DNA of 32,000 nucleotides from Candidatus Saccharimonadota bacterium (GTDB lineage Bacteria > Patescibacteriota > Patescibacteriia > 2-12-FULL-60-25), in contig JALHOH010000001.1 of the NCBI GenBank assembly GCA_022843095.1, positions 630,001-662,000 of the forward strand, in the 5' to 3' direction. The notes under the pieces were generated by a model. It had not been told where the DNA came from. It did not search any database and saw only the letters and a program-made list of their open reading frames with translations. Within the stretch, counting starts at the first letter, position 1. Every line of letters starts with the position of its first letter. Positions 1-10,200 of this stretch are shown here, one piece after another. A program made the translations under genes and the position numbers.

Positions 1-213
1 GCAGCGACTTGGGGAGATCGAGCAGCAACCGCGACAGATGATCAACCGAGACGAAGGCAATCGATCGCGGCGTGTGCCATCGGTCCCCGGCGCGCCCGCG
101 CCGTCATCGAGAGTGCGGGAGAGCCAGTTTCGCGTGGCCAGCGACAGGAGGCTTTCGTCAACCTCGTCCTCGGCCGTTGCGAAGACGCCCCGAGCGACAA
201 AGAGGAGCGGTAC

Positions 214-1593
214 ATGCAAGAGCAAGCCGAACGCATCCGAGCGTGGATCGCGAGCTACCTCACCGCTTGGCGCGCGGCGTGGGACGCCGCGAGCGAATCA
301 ACCCGCGCCCACGTCCACACGTTTCGAGCAGAGGACCTGCGCGCTCCGGTGCAGTTTCGAGTCACGCTCTGCACGGACCCCAAGTATCCCTTCTGCACCA
401 CGGCTCTCACGCTCGCGCGCGACCCCAACACCCCCGACGGCGAGGTGACGATCGAGATCGAAGCCCCCGACACGCTCGCGCAGCGAAACGAGTATCGCGC
501 CAACATGCTCGTCCAATACTTCGAGAGCATGCGCCAGAACTATGCTCCTGGTCGTGAGTTCGAGCCGCCGCTTCTGAATGCCGGCGTGAGATATCGCGCC
601 GCCAATGGTTCGTTTTGGGTTCTCCCCGACGACGTGAGCCGCCTCCCAATCGAGGAACTGATCGCACATCACTTCCGCGAACAGACGCCGCACGTCATCC
701 AACCACAACCCACGTTCAAGCCCCGCCATCTCTTCGATCTCCGCCAAACACGCGAAGAAGTGACCTTCGCGACGTGGCTCGAGTCGCCTACGAACGTACG
801 CGAGTTGCTGTGGGAACTCGGCATCCGCGCGCCCTGCTGGTACGCGATCAGCTTGCCGCGCTCGATGGTTCTGCCGGGCGCAAGCGGCGACTTCGACTTC
901 GTCGCAGGCGAGCTCGAGTTCCTCATGACGAACGATGAGTGGCGCGCTCGCCGAACTCGTATCGCTGCGACGTACCCCCTCGCAGCCCACCCCTCACGGA
1001 TCGATCAGGATACCGTCGACGAAGCGGCTCGTGACGGCTGCGTCGGGTGGCCGCCCGATCCCTCGGCCACCCTCGTTGGCGTCGAGGTCAAGGTCTCGAA
1101 GTATGACGGTACAAGCGATCATCTCGGAGCGACCCACGAGAACGAGGGCGAACGCATCGTCGGTCAGCTCAAGCGACTCCGGCAGATCGGCTCCGTGCGT
1201 GCGGCCCTTCTGCACCTGATCGTGACGAACCCGCGTGGAGGGTGGGGAACAGCCGATCAAGATCTCGCTCGCGCATACAGGAAGCTCGAGTCCCTGATGC
1301 CGCTCATCAAGCACGACCACTTCGGCTACTTCTCAGCCGTACTCGCGTCCGTCGCGCACCAAGACGAGCGATTCGCGGGCTCCCAGACAAGGCTCCTCGC
1401 CGACCCCAGCCCCCCAACCCTTGAACGGACCACGGACTCCGACGAGCCACGCAAGCGCCTTGCTGAAGCCCTCGGGAAACTCCCTCGTCCACGTGACGTG
1501 ATCCAACCCATCCGCGTCTGCGCCGACTGCAAGACGCTCTTTCGCGCCTTCGCCCCCAGCGCCGACCAGTGCGGCTGCACGCGTCGCGGATAG
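214..1593 (+). CDS. hypothetical protein (459 aa) with a possible PD-(D/E)xK nuclease-like motif and a C-terminal Cys cluster
   Basis: ATG at 214 is preceded by AAAGAGGAG about 6 nt upstream. Third-codon positions are strongly G/C in this frame. The motif pair GDFDFVAGE ... LVGVEVKVSK fits a D...ExK arrangement. The C-terminus RVCADCKTLF...DQCGCTRRG has CxxC plus CxC. The frame is open back to nt 1, so the true start could lie upstream of the window. Confidence 0.6.
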   Translation: MQEQAERIRAWIASYLTAWRAAWDAASESTRAHVHTFRAEDLRAPVQFRVTLCTDPKYPFCTTALTLARDPNTPDGEVTIEIEAPDTLAQRNEYRANMLVQYFESMRQNYAPGREFEPPLLNAGVRYRAANGSFWVLPDDVSRLPIEELIAHHFREQTPHVIQPQPTFKPRHLFDLRQTREEVTFATWLESPTNVRELLWELGIRAPCWYAISLPRSMVLPGASGDFDFVAGELEFLMTNDEWRARRTRIAATYPLAAHPSRIDQDTVDEAARDGCVGWPPDPSATLVGVEVKVSKYDGTSDHLGATHENEGERIVGQLKRLRQIGSVRAALLHLIVTNPRGGWGTADQDLARAYRKLESLMPLIKHDHFGYFSAVLASVAHQDERFAGSQTRLLADPSPPTLERTTDSDEPRKRLAEALGKLPRPRDVIQPIRVCADCKTLFRAFAPSADQCGCTRRG

Positions 1594-2019
1594 GTCACGA
1601 CACGCGCCAACCGTATCCCGACGCCGTCGTGCAAGTCGGTGTCGAAGCAAGTGACACTGCGCGAGAGACTGTGGCAGCGTCATGCCAGGCGGCCGCAAGC
1701 GTGTCGCCGCGTTGCGGGGCGTTGGAATTGAGCGGCACCACGGGAGCTGCTTGGCAGCAGCACGCAGCGAACGGATCCACGCCAATCGTACCTCACTTGC
1801 TGTGCGAGCAGTGACGTCGAGCAACTCGCCAAGTTCGCTTGCGGTCAGGTGGAAGTGCGAGGCGTATGCGAGCAAAAACTCGAGCTGCATGCGTCGTCGG
1901 TTCCTTGCGATCGCCACGCGCATCGCACACAGAGCTTCCTCGAGCTGCCGCCTCTCGAGCGGTGAGAGTGCGCTCGCTTCGTCGAGTTCCCGGAGCCCCC
2001 GTGCTGCGGGAAACGATGA

Positions 2020-4185
2020 TCATATCGAGAAGGAGAACCCTCGCGGGTTCCTTCCTAGCCAACTCGCAAGGAAAACCTGGCGTTCCATGACGATAGACGC
2101 AAACGAGGTGCCTCCAAAGAAACTGTTGGTGTTCATGTTGGAAAGAGACGCTCCTGCTGTGGCGCTCGCGCCTCCCATGCCGACTGATGGATGATAGTTC
2201 ACTGCGGAGTAGGTCATTCCACCAGGCATGATGTATCCGAACGCCAGTACATCGTTGAAGCCGTCTCGGTTGATATCGCCGGCGGCCACCGGCCGACTGA
2301 CAGGAAAGCTATAGGATCGTCCTGTGCTGCCGATAGCGATGCCGGGACCTGCTGCGGATCCGTCGAACAATCTCGCGGAGCTCGTCGCAGTCGTCGACTC
2401 AGCCACCCAGAGGTCCGCAAAACCATCACCGTTGACGTCGCCCAAGATTTGGAGGTTTCCTCCAGGCCTCATGGCGGTCGTGGTTGGCGACATTCCGATA
2501 CCAGTGGAGGAACCATAGAACAACGCCACGGCGCCGAACGTTCCAGACCTCGTGCCCGCTGCGAGGTCTGCGAAGCCATCCCCGTTCAGATCTCCACCGG
2601 CCGACGCCGATTCGTAGCTTTCGATGAGGATCCTGCTTCCGGTCATCCCGACGCCCCCCATCGCACCGAAATACGCATTGCAACCGTTTCTGGTGGTCAG
2701 GACAAAGTCGCCGAAACCGTCGCCGTTGATGTCGCCCGCAGACAAAAGTCGATTCGGGGTAGCACCCGTAACGCCCCCAGAAGTACCACTCAGAGTAACC
2801 GCTGGAGATCCTGCGGTGCCGCTTGGACTTCCGTAGTAAACATGAACTCGCGTGGGTGAGCCTCCGAACACTCCGTCTTCGAGCACGGCGAGGTCGCCGT
2901 AGCCGTCGCCGTTCGCGTCGCCGATTGCCGTGACGACGAGACCGAACGCCGTGCCTGCGGTCCCGACCAGCGTCACCGAAGGCGCCATCGCTGCGCCCGC
3001 CGCACTTCCAAAGTAGATGTACGCCCCGCCGACCATCGCGCCCGTGCCAGGAGCGCTCACGATGAGGTCGCCGTAGCCGTCGCCGTTCACGTCTCCGGCG
3101 CTCGCAACGGACGCTCCGAATCGATCGCCCGTCATGGACGGAGTGCCGGCGTATGTTCGATGCGGGGTTGGTATTGGGCCCGCAGAACTGCCCAGGTAGA
3201 CGTACGCTTGCCCTGGTACTCCGCTCGCGCTTCCGTTTCCGGGCGCGCCCACTACGACGTCCGCGTGGCCGTCGCCGTTCACGTCCGGGTAAGTGCCCCA
3301 GGAGGTGTCGATGATACGACCGAGCGATCCCGAGTCCCGTGGCGGTGCATGAAACTGCCACACGGGGCTCGTCGCGGTGCCGGTCGTCGAGCCAGATCGA
3401 CCACGGAGACGCCAGTACCAGAGTCCTGCGGCGAGGTTCTCCGCGGGGGCGCCGCTCGTTCCGGACGCGACGAACGTCGAACACATCGACGTCATCGCGC
3501 GGTCGCGGCACAGCTCGACGGAGGCACCGTCGGTTCCAGCTGCGAGCGACCACCGAAACGTGGGTCGACGCGAGGTCGTGGTTGCGGTTGAGAGTGGTGC
3601 AATCGGTCGCGGTGGGGCCGCCGACCCCGTGATCGGCACGCAAGTGCTCCCAGACCGCATGAATCCACTGGCGCACACAAAGTCGCAACTCCCGCTGGTG
3701 CAGAGCGCTGTTCCGTTGGCGGGGCTCGGGCAAGCGTTGGAGCAACGACCGCAGTGCGCGGCACTACTGCTCGTGTCCACGCAGACCCCACCGCACGCGG
3801 TTGTCCCCGCAGGACACCCACCGTCAGTTCCGACCTCGACACTCGGGACGTCCATCGCGTTCGGGGCGTCCACAGAACTCGAGTCGGGAACACCACTCCC
3901 GTCGATGTCGGCGCTATCGGGCGGCGGGGTCGATGCGTCCGGGGCGCTGCTGTCCCCGCCGTCCATCGGCGTAGACGCCGGCACGCAGCGCATGTCCGCC
4001 GTGCAGGTCTCATTCGGCGCACACGCCGGGTTGCACGCGGAGACACAGCTCCCTGCGACACAGAGAAAGCCGCTGCGACAAGAAGGAACGCATACGCCGG
4101 AGTCCGTCGGGACCATCGGCGCGCTACACGCTGAAAGAGCGACGATGGCGAGAAGCGCCAATCGGGTGCACCAAAAGTTCTTCAT
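2020..4185 (-). CDS. secreted FG-GAP repeat lipoprotein (721 aa) with N-terminal Cys-rich repeat modules
   Basis: The N-terminus MKNFWCTRLALLAIVALSAC is a signal peptide with an LSAC lipobox. Two Cys-rich stretches follow (CVPSCRSGFLCVAGSCVSACNPACAPNETC... and CPAGTTACGGVCVDTSSSAAHCGRCSNACPS...C), typical of myxobacterial Cys-rich repeats. Seven DxNGDG(F/Y/H)xD loops (for example DVNGDGYGDLIVSAP) are diagnostic of FG-GAP/integrin-alpha beta-propeller blades. Confidence 0.9.
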   Translation of the reverse strand: MKNFWCTRLALLAIVALSACSAPMVPTDSGVCVPSCRSGFLCVAGSCVSACNPACAPNETCTADMRCVPASTPMDGGDSSAPDASTPPPDSADIDGSGVPDSSSVDAPNAMDVPSVEVGTDGGCPAGTTACGGVCVDTSSSAAHCGRCSNACPSPANGTALCTSGSCDFVCASGFMRSGSTCVPITGSAAPPRPIAPLSTATTTSRRPTFRWSLAAGTDGASVELCRDRAMTSMCSTFVASGTSGAPAENLAAGLWYWRLRGRSGSTTGTATSPVWQFHAPPRDSGSLGRIIDTSWGTYPDVNGDGHADVVVGAPGNGSASGVPGQAYVYLGSSAGPIPTPHRTYAGTPSMTGDRFGASVASAGDVNGDGYGDLIVSAPGTGAMVGGAYIYFGSAAGAAMAPSVTLVGTAGTAFGLVVTAIGDANGDGYGDLAVLEDGVFGGSPTRVHVYYGSPSGTAGSPAVTLSGTSGGVTGATPNRLLSAGDINGDGFGDFVLTTRNGCNAYFGAMGGVGMTGSRILIESYESASAGGDLNGDGFADLAAGTRSGTFGAVALFYGSSTGIGMSPTTTAMRPGGNLQILGDVNGDGFADLWVAESTTATSSARLFDGSAAGPGIAIGSTGRSYSFPVSRPVAAGDINRDGFNDVLAFGYIMPGGMTYSAVNYHPSVGMGGASATAGASLSNMNTNSFFGGTSFASIVMERQVFLASWLGRNPRGFSFSI
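2251..3285 (-). repeat. seven tandem FG-GAP blade repeats (coding repeats inside the lipoprotein gene)
   Basis: The repeated loops are DVNGDGHAD, DVNGDGYGD, DANGDGYGD, DINGDGFGD, DLNGDGFAD, DVNGDGFAD and DINRDGFND. An exact 25-nt DNA repeat, gaggtcgccgtagccgtcgccgttc, occurs at 2890-2914 and 3064-3088. Confidence 0.85.
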
Positions 4186-4789
4186 CGCGCGATGCTACCG
4201 CGCGCAACGAACCGAGGACAACCTGCGAGCCACTGCTTCGCGCCGCGCTGACATGTCGTGCACTCGGAGGCTTCGGCCGTAGATTGGCGCCGACGCGGAC
4301 CGATTGCCAATCGAAGTCATCGTTTCGGAAAACCCGCGGCACTCCGCATTGAAAGAGCGAGGTTTTTCTGCTAGCCGAGACCGCGCTGCGCACGCCGCGA
4401 TGTGCGGTCGTGCGAGTTGCACTGTCATCGAATGTTTCTCGAGCGGTGCCGAAATCGTTGGCGGCCGACGTTCCCAGCGAAGCACCCCGTACCGACGTAA
4501 CCTGCTACTGAGTGCCGAGGAGGCTGCACCGCGTTCGTTTCCAGATAGGCGGACGAGGCGCATCGTCGTTTTTCTTTGGGATCACTCGATGACCTCGCTT
4601 CTGAACCATGGCTCTGGAAGACAGCAAACGGTTGGCCGAGCGTTGTTCAACTGTGGCACCCATGACTTCGTCGCTCCGTGCGCGTCGACGCCGATGGGCT
4701 TTGGGGGGCCCTCACTTGGGGGCGGAGTGGAGCAGGCGCGCCTCGATTGCGGAGCGCTCATCCCAGCAAGAACGCTGCTGAAATCACTG

Positions 4790-5536
4790 CTACGCGCCTA
4801 CCCGCACGAGGAGCAACCTCACTTCGTGCCCCGCGCCCGGGCTGTCCAACAGCACCTCGAGCCGCGGCAACGATGACGTTCGGAAGGTTCCCCATAGGCC
4901 GAACGAACCGTCGTAGGACTGAGTGAACGAGCGCGCTGATGGCGACTGGATCGCGAGGACGCCGGGCTTCCAGTACTGGTGGTCGAAGGTCAACCGCGCT
5001 GCGACGCCGCTGCCGCTCAAGTACTGCATCCCGATCACCGCATACGTTCCTGCGGCGAGTTCATCGACAGACGAGAGCTGCATCGACCACCACATGTCCT
5101 TCACGCTGACGAACGCCGAGGCAGTCATCCGCACCCAGAAGCGATCTCCTGCGGGCAGAGGCTCGAACTTTTCCTCGAGCCAGAGCAAGCCACGCGCAGC
5201 GTTCTGTCCAACCCCTGACGCCTCGAACGCAATCGGTTCGTCGCGCTGCAAGTGGATCACATCGTGCCCGAAGTACGCGACGTTGGGCGTTGATGGAATG
5301 GTGGTCCCGGTCACGATTGGATTCACGTTGATCGGATTCACGCCTCGCAAGATCGGCGACGTGACCTTGGCTATTTCAAGCGAACCGCCCATGCCAAACG
5401 CGCACACGAGGTCCATCGGGCAGGGGAGCACGATGCGATCATCGACCGAGTAGAGCTGAGTGTCCGTCGTCGGAGCCAAGCGCGCGAGCGCGCCGGGTCC
5501 CTGCGGGCCTACGAACGATGCGAGATGAAACGTCAC
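4790..5536 (-). CDS. beta-rich hypothetical protein (248 aa); last gene of the large operon and paralog of 21771-22583
   Basis: The GTG start at 5536 overlaps the upstream stop (GTGA at 5533-5536). It shares blocks with the first operon gene: M(P/T)FH, PMDL(I/V)xAF, (D/T)PNVAxF, RxWVR, LAAGTYAVIG, ARLTFD, YDGSxGxWGxF and PRLE. Confidence 0.8.
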   Translation of the reverse strand: MTFHLASFVGPQGPGALARLAPTTDTQLYSVDDRIVLPCPMDLVCAFGMGGSLEIAKVTSPILRGVNPINVNPIVTGTTIPSTPNVAYFGHDVIHLQRDEPIAFEASGVGQNAARGLLWLEEKFEPLPAGDRFWVRMTASAFVSVKDMWWSMQLSSVDELAAGTYAVIGMQYLSGSGVAARLTFDHQYWKPGVLAIQSPSARSFTQSYDGSFGLWGTFRTSSLPRLEVLLDSPGAGHEVRLLLVRVGA

Positions 5537-7281
5537 GGCGATTCCTCCGTTGCTGCTGGGACCAATTCGTCGGACGCGCTCGCTTGTGGAGCGCGAATGA
5601 ACTCGACGCTGTCGAACTTCAACCCTGAAGACCCTTCACCGGCACCAGGGCGCCGACGCCATTCGACCCACACCCGAGTCGCTCCGCTCAGCGTTCGTGT
5701 ACGCACGGGCACGCGCTGAACCGTCACGCCGACGCGAGGCAGTTCTTCCTCGCGAATGTGGAGCCGCTCACCGCTGGGCGCGCGAAGGATGCAACCGTCC
5801 GGGGCGAGCGCTCGCCGAGCGCCTGTCGCGCTGTCGAGCATCGCGCCGAGCGCGTACTCCACCTGCCCCTCGCCTCCCTCGATTCGTACCGGGATGAGGG
5901 GGAACCAATACGCTGGAACGTCCGTTTGGAGCACGTACTTGATTTGTGGGCCGGTTGCTGGTGGTGCGGGCGGCGGTGGAACACCCGCAGGAAGACGCGC
6001 GGTCGCTCGTTCGTGAGAGAGCCACGGCTCGCCGAGGCCATTCGGCATCGTGTGCTCGATCGCCCACGACATGTTGGCCATCTCGTCTCGAAGAAACCGC
6101 ACCTCTTCGATCGCCGCGCCGGACATTCGGCTCGGGTAGCCCGTGGGCAGCAAGAGAGTGGGCTCGACTCCACCGCTCTCCTGGTCGGTGAGCGACCACA
6201 TCGTCCAACGTTCGGCTCTGCGGGCGGGGTCGACCTGATCGCCGCGTTCGACGATCGTCGTGCCTCCGAATACGTCACGAACGCGGACCTGCTCGACACG
6301 AAGCGCTGTGCCCGCTCGTTGAACGCACGGCACCATGAACCAATCGTTCGACGCGGTGAGCGCGAAGTCGATGACCACGAGCCGCGCGACGTCGCGACTA
6401 TCGGCGACCACCGCGCCGAAGTCTGCTCCACCGTGCTCGAAGTCCCAGAAGCGAGGCTCGGGCATGCCGCGGAATCGGACGTGCGCTGGCATGACGATGC
6501 GCTTGGTTGTCTGCGCACCAGATCCCTCTGCGATCCGAGCGCTGACGTCGCACGAGTACCAGTCCACGTCTCCTTCGCGCGATGGCTGCACGCGCAGCGA
6601 CAGCCGGCTCTCGGCCGTGCGTACGGAGAGGGTTCCTTCCGCGCGAAGTCGCTCAGGCTGCCATGCCGCGGGGCGGTCCTTTGGCAGGTGTCCGAACACT
6701 TCCCTCGCGAAGCGTTCGAGCGCCTCGAAGGCTCGCTGTAGCGGCATCTCGGTGTCGGAAGTTGCGCCGATCGCCTCCGCGATCGCCTTCCATCCGCGAT
6801 CGAGCGCGAGCAACTCGAGACCGTCCGTGATCTTCTCTGCGCAAACGTGCTCGAAACGCACGGACGCTGTGTCTTCGCTTGGTGCGAGCGCCGCGATCGC
6901 AAACCGTTGCCGGACGCTCTCGACGAGCGCACGAGAGCCGCCCGCAGCGACGAGTTCGTCCTCGAAGATGCCGCCGAGCTCTGCGCGCGTTTCGAGGCTC
7001 TCGTCGAGCGCTGAGGCGCCCGCGAACAACGCTTCGAGCGGAGCATCGGCGTCGAGTCCATGCAGTGGACCACCGCGCGCGGACCATTCGCCGATGGGAG
7101 TCTCGCTCGTGTGCACCTCGATCCACGCAGGGCTCGCCGCGTCTTCGCCTTGGAACTCTCCCAGCTGCCACTGCCGCGTGAGGAGCCAAAGTGGATCGCG
7201 AATCTCTGCACGCAGCGAACGTACGATCGCGTCGGAGCGCACGATGGGTTCGAGTCGATTCCAATACGTGATGGAAGCCAT
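5533..7281 (-). CDS. large hypothetical protein (582 aa)
   Basis: I chose ATG at 7281 (MASITYWNRLEP...), 7 nt after the upstream stop at 7289. The 24-codon extension in the ORF track would overlap the preceding gene. G/C third-position bias is strong. Notable motifs are DPLWLLTRQWQLGEFQGEDAASP, RFWDFE and YWFPLIPVR. No known domain recognised. Confidence 0.8.
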   Translation of the reverse strand: MASITYWNRLEPIVRSDAIVRSLRAEIRDPLWLLTRQWQLGEFQGEDAASPAWIEVHTSETPIGEWSARGGPLHGLDADAPLEALFAGASALDESLETRAELGGIFEDELVAAGGSRALVESVRQRFAIAALAPSEDTASVRFEHVCAEKITDGLELLALDRGWKAIAEAIGATSDTEMPLQRAFEALERFAREVFGHLPKDRPAAWQPERLRAEGTLSVRTAESRLSLRVQPSREGDVDWYSCDVSARIAEGSGAQTTKRIVMPAHVRFRGMPEPRFWDFEHGGADFGAVVADSRDVARLVVIDFALTASNDWFMVPCVQRAGTALRVEQVRVRDVFGGTTIVERGDQVDPARRAERWTMWSLTDQESGGVEPTLLLPTGYPSRMSGAAIEEVRFLRDEMANMSWAIEHTMPNGLGEPWLSHERATARLPAGVPPPPAPPATGPQIKYVLQTDVPAYWFPLIPVRIEGGEGQVEYALGAMLDSATGARRALAPDGCILRAPSGERLHIREEELPRVGVTVQRVPVRTRTLSGATRVWVEWRRRPGAGEGSSGLKFDSVEFIRAPQASASDELVPAATEESP

Positions 7282-7288
7282 GGCCAGC

Positions 7289-10200
7289 TCAGCTCGGTTG
7301 TTCGACGGTGATCGCGTTGGTGAGCAAGGTCGAGACGACGTCTCCTGCGACATTGGCTGTCACGTACGCGGCAGGTAGGAACTGCGCGAAATGCACGAGC
7401 GTCTCTGGCTCGGTCGCTCGGATGCGAGCGTTGTCGAGCGTCTCGTGCAGCGTCGCGACGAGGTCATCGAAGCGCCAGCCGTCGAGCCTCGTTGGCACCG
7501 CGAGTAGAACCGTTTGCGGAGCCTCGGCCCCAGGATCGTCGTAGTGCGCGGCGATGCCTGTCGTCTCGTCAGGCAGAGGGATGGTTTCGACCCATTCGTC
7601 GAGGAGCAATCCGCTCCACTCGGTCGCTCCAGTTGCGCGCGCTCCGCACCCAACGAGCGCGACAGACACTCGCCCCGAGAGCAGGAGCGTTCGCTGGCGC
7701 TCGGGGTCCGTCGCAACACGGTTCGGAAGCGCTGCCCAGTAGTCGCCGGGCTCCGTTGGGAGTTGCACGATGGAGACAGGTGCGACCGCAACACTTGTGG
7801 CGCGTGCGTAGGTCGTCACCATGCGCAGCGCACGGAGCGGTTCCCGTACGCGCGTCGCCTGTGCTTGCCACACGCGGACCTGATCGGCGGTTGCTCCAAG
7901 GGACGGGGCGTGTTCGAGCGCTGTCTCGAGCGCCGCCTTTACGGCGCCTTCTGGGCTTATGCTCGAGACGAACAAAAAGTCCGCTCCGAAGATGGCACGG
8001 GCTTTTTCGCGCGCATTCGAAGCGCTTTCCGCCTTTTCGAGGCGCGATTGCAGCTCGGTAAGCGTGCTGCGCGCGCTCGTGATCAACGACGCATAGGGCG
8101 CATCGAGGTTTGCCGCTGGGAGATCGGGCAAAGCTCCAACAACGCCGTACCTCGATGCAAGTTGCAGCTGACGATGGAGGTCTTCGGCGTGCTCGATCGA
8201 CGCGGGAGGGACTCGAAGCGCGCGAACGAGGTTGCGAACGAGCGCGCCGAGCGCACGCTGCGCGTTCTCGGCGCGCTCTTTGTCACGCTCGGAGAATGTC
8301 ACCGCCGCAGGCGTTGGGTTGGCGAGCGCGCTCGGCGAGAGGTCTTCGACGCGAAGCGGACGGCTTCGCCCCAGCAACGCGCTCATCGCCCGCGCGGCCT
8401 CGAGTGTTTGTCCAAACGTTCGCGCGCTCGACGATGCGCCGGCGTCGTACCGCACGCTCTCGATTGAAACTCCTGGGTAGCGAGACAGCACGAACAGCCG
8501 CACCCGGCGATCGATCTCGCTTCCTTGCTTGGGATCAGGCTGCGTCGCTGCGAGCGCGACGACATCCAGCGCTCCGAGCGCGAGGTCCGACAATCGCACG
8601 TGCAGAGACGTCGCCTCGGCATCGCCTTTCGCAAACCGCACGACGCAGCTCGTGTGGTCGGGGTCGCCGAGCTGACGACGAGCCCACGCCTCGAGAAGCG
8701 GGTCACATACGGCGCGCGGTGTCGGCGCGACTGCGCCCCACGGTCCGACTTCATCTGGCGCTTGGTCGCCGAGCACGAGCACGACGCGATGGGTGAGCGT
8801 CCTGCCAGTACGGGGGTAACGCGCGACCTCGAGCTCGGGCGGCCTCGTCGCGCGCGCGAGCGCATCGAGGCTTGCCACCGAACGTCCGGCGTTGCCTCGG
8901 ATCAGCTGAAACACGGACTCGGCTGTGAGCGCGTCCGCCAGGGCGTCGGCGGTATCGTCTGCTTCGCGAGTGACCCTGAGCAACGCATCGGATTGCTCGG
9001 GCGAGAGCGGCAGCCGGAGCGAGCGCAGGAAGCTCTCCTTCGATACAGACTCATCCGCGCGGTACGCCCGAAGGAGCGCGAGGCCATCGACGACGTTTCG
9101 TGCCGCGATCTTCTCGGCGTCGAGGTCGGGGCGCGCGCGGGGATCTTTCTTGCGCGCCACCGGTGCGAATCGTTGCCTCAGCGCGGCGAATATCCTGTCG
9201 TTGGTTGGATCGATGTCGTGCAGTCCGCGCTCTACCTGGTAGCCGAGGAGCGCACCGAGGGGAATACCCGCGCGCATGTGGTCGAGGATCCACTCCGCCG
9301 TTCGTACGCGCGCGGAGGACAGATCGATCGTGTAGCGGCGCTGGGGTTCGCCTTCCCGCGTGACCCAAGCGTTCTTGAGGATGGCTCCCGCAGCCGCGTG
9401 GTCGAGCGAGGGGCCATGCACGAAACCGGCAGACCGACTTTGAATGTGCGCCGTCGTTCCGTCTGCGAGCACGCGCGTCCCGCCTGGGGGGCGACGTCGC
9501 AAGCGCTCGACCCAACCGAACGCTCCGACGTGCAAGCCCGTCGGGCGCGCGGCGCGCATCGCATCGAGCTTCGCCGTCGCAAGCGCTGTCATCCACGGAT
9601 CGAGCCGGTGCGACACCGCATCGAGCGTCTCTGTGAAGAGTCGTTCGAGCTCTGCCGCCGGCAGCGCCGCGAGGCGGCCCAGCGCGTGCGCGAATCCAAC
9701 GAGGTCTGCGCCGAGCGGATCGCGATCGATGAGGGTCTTCATCGTCGCTCCCTCGCCCCACATCGCGAGGTGGTCCCACACCGGCGGTCGCATCCGGCGG
9801 CCATACATGCTCGTTTGGATTAGCTCGTGCTCTTGGCGGTCCGCAGGGCTGACGCGACCCTCGCGCAGATTCACCTCGAACGTGATGCGCGCGATTTCCG
9901 AGAGTGTGCTGTGTCGAACGAGTCGCGCGAGCAGCGGCGCGTCGGTCCCGCGCAGGCTGCTCAGCGACGAGCGACGAAGCGCATCGATCGATGCATCGAT
10001 CGACTGCGAAAGGTAGTTGTCCTGCGTGCTGAGCGATGCCGTTTCGTTGTGACCCGCGCGCGCGACGAGACCGTGCGAGAAGCGATAGAGGCGCGGGTCG
10101 AACATCGAACGAAGCAGGCGCGGCTCCCAGCCAGCTCGATCGATCGTGGCGAGCCCTGCCCGTTGTGCGCCGTGTGGGTCGGAGATCCAGTGCGAGTAGG

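Noticed and set aside
1333-1923. Minus-strand ORF whose first 60 or so residues look helix-turn-helix-like (FHLTASELGELLDVTARTASEVRL). It lies in the same frame as, and directly after, the stop of the FG-GAP gene.
   Set aside because: It would overlap the 3-prime 260 nt of the better-supported 214-1593 gene. G/C third-position bias decays after about 35 codons, and there is no stop until 1333. It may be a small real gene or a gene remnant within 1700-1923, but I cannot define it. The 1594-2019 interval is left unannotated.
4304-4876. 190-aa plus-strand ORF, and the 4195-4563 minus-strand ORF, in the spacer downstream of the operon.
   Set aside because: Poor codon bias, junk-like Arg/Ser-rich products, no SD site, and overlap with the 3-prime end of the 4790-5536 gene.
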